DNA of 5,925 bases. It comes from a virus. Every line of letters starts with the position of its first letter. The stretch's first letter is position 1. Location: positions 1 through 5,925 of IMG/VR virus record IMGVR_UViG_3300030379_000009; one strand, written 5' to 3'. The notes below the pieces were generated by a model. That model was not told the origin of the DNA and did not search any database. It was given only the letters and a program-made list of their open reading frames with translations. Shown one piece after another: positions 5,621 to 5,925 of this stretch. A program made the position numbers and the translations under genes.

Positions 5621-5813
5621 GAAAAAGATTATTTACGAGATTATTAAAATTGTATGTACTGCAATCATCAGTATTACGGCAGTACTGACAGCACAAAGCT
5701 GTACTATGTCACTAAGCGTAAGCAAAAACAACAGTAACAGTACTCAAAAAACCGAACAAACAACAACCAGTTCAGTTGACAGTACACAAATCAATATTAA
5801 CCCAAAAAATTAA
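5613..5813 (+). CDS. Small predicted lipoprotein / membrane-anchored protein, 66 aa
   Basis: The N-terminus MDKKKIIYEIIK-IVCTAIISITAVLTA-QSC has a basic n-region, a 15-residue hydrophobic core, and Cys30 (codon 5700-5702) in an xSC context typical of Bacteroidetes lipoprotein signal peptides. The mature part is a roughly 36-aa S/T/N/Q-rich low-complexity tail. The start overlaps the previous gene's stop. Confidence 0.6.
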   Translation: MDKKKIIYEIIKIVCTAIISITAVLTAQSCTMSLSVSKNNSNSTQKTEQTTTSSVDSTQININPKN

Positions 5814-5818
5814 AAATC

Positions 5819-5925
5819 ATGAACTTAAAAGAAGCTTTCAAAATCAGAAAAAAAGACGCAGAGACAGATGAAGTTATCATTACTATTGGTAGTCACTTGG
5901 CTACTGAGCAAGTGTTTAAATCGGA
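5819..5925 (+). CDS. 5' portion of the 70-aa wrap-around ORF (continues at 1..183)
   Basis: ATG 5819 lies 5 nt after the previous stop (TAA 5811-5813). The frame stays open to the window end and continues in phase through the repeat into 1-183. Confidence 0.6.
   Translation, partial: MNLKEAFKIRKKDAETDEVIITIGSHLATEQVFKS
5849..5925. repeat. Terminal direct repeat, copy B (identical to 1..77)
   Basis: See copy A. Position 5849 corresponds to position 1 and 5925 to position 77. Confidence 0.95.

Noticed and set aside
1-5925. Searched by eye for CRISPR repeats, IS/transposase or integrase genes, rRNA/tRNA genes and defence-system genes
   Set aside because: I found none. The only long repeat is the 77-nt terminal overlap, which is an assembly signature of circularity rather than a biological LTR or TIR.

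Overview
The window is one complete circular genome of a small ssDNA phage of the family Microviridae. Bases 1-77 repeat exactly at 5849-5925, which is the overlap of an assembled circle, so the unit length is 5,848 nt. All credible genes lie on the + strand and are tightly packed, with 1-nt gaps or overlapping stop/start codons. In order they are: major capsid protein VP1 (210-2189, 659 aa); a 112-aa ORF that may be a scaffolding protein (2191-2529); the Gly-rich, coiled-coil DNA pilot protein VP2 (2693-3769); and the HUH rolling-circle replication initiator VP4 (3771-4811). A block of four small ORFan genes follows (5152-5813, plus a 70-aa ORF that starts at 5819 and wraps across the junction to end at 183). 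One of these ORFans is a predicted lipoprotein. Two non-coding regions stand out in this otherwise compact genome. The first (2530-2692) holds an intrinsic terminator nested inside a 9-bp inverted repeat, next to a 28-mer resembling a XerC/XerD dif site. The second (4812-5151) holds a cluster of stable GC-rich 3-nt-loop hairpins, which are candidate replication-origin or ssDNA priming structures, followed by a weak Bacteroidetes-type promoter candidate. Several traits point to an Alpavirinae-like microvirus with a Bacteroidetes host: the large capsid protein, the near absence of Shine-Dalgarno sites, the xSC lipobox and the A-rich coding strand. This host and lineage assignment is inference only. 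No rRNA, tRNA, CRISPR array, transposase or integrase is visible. All protein family calls rest on motifs I recognise by eye, not on database searches.
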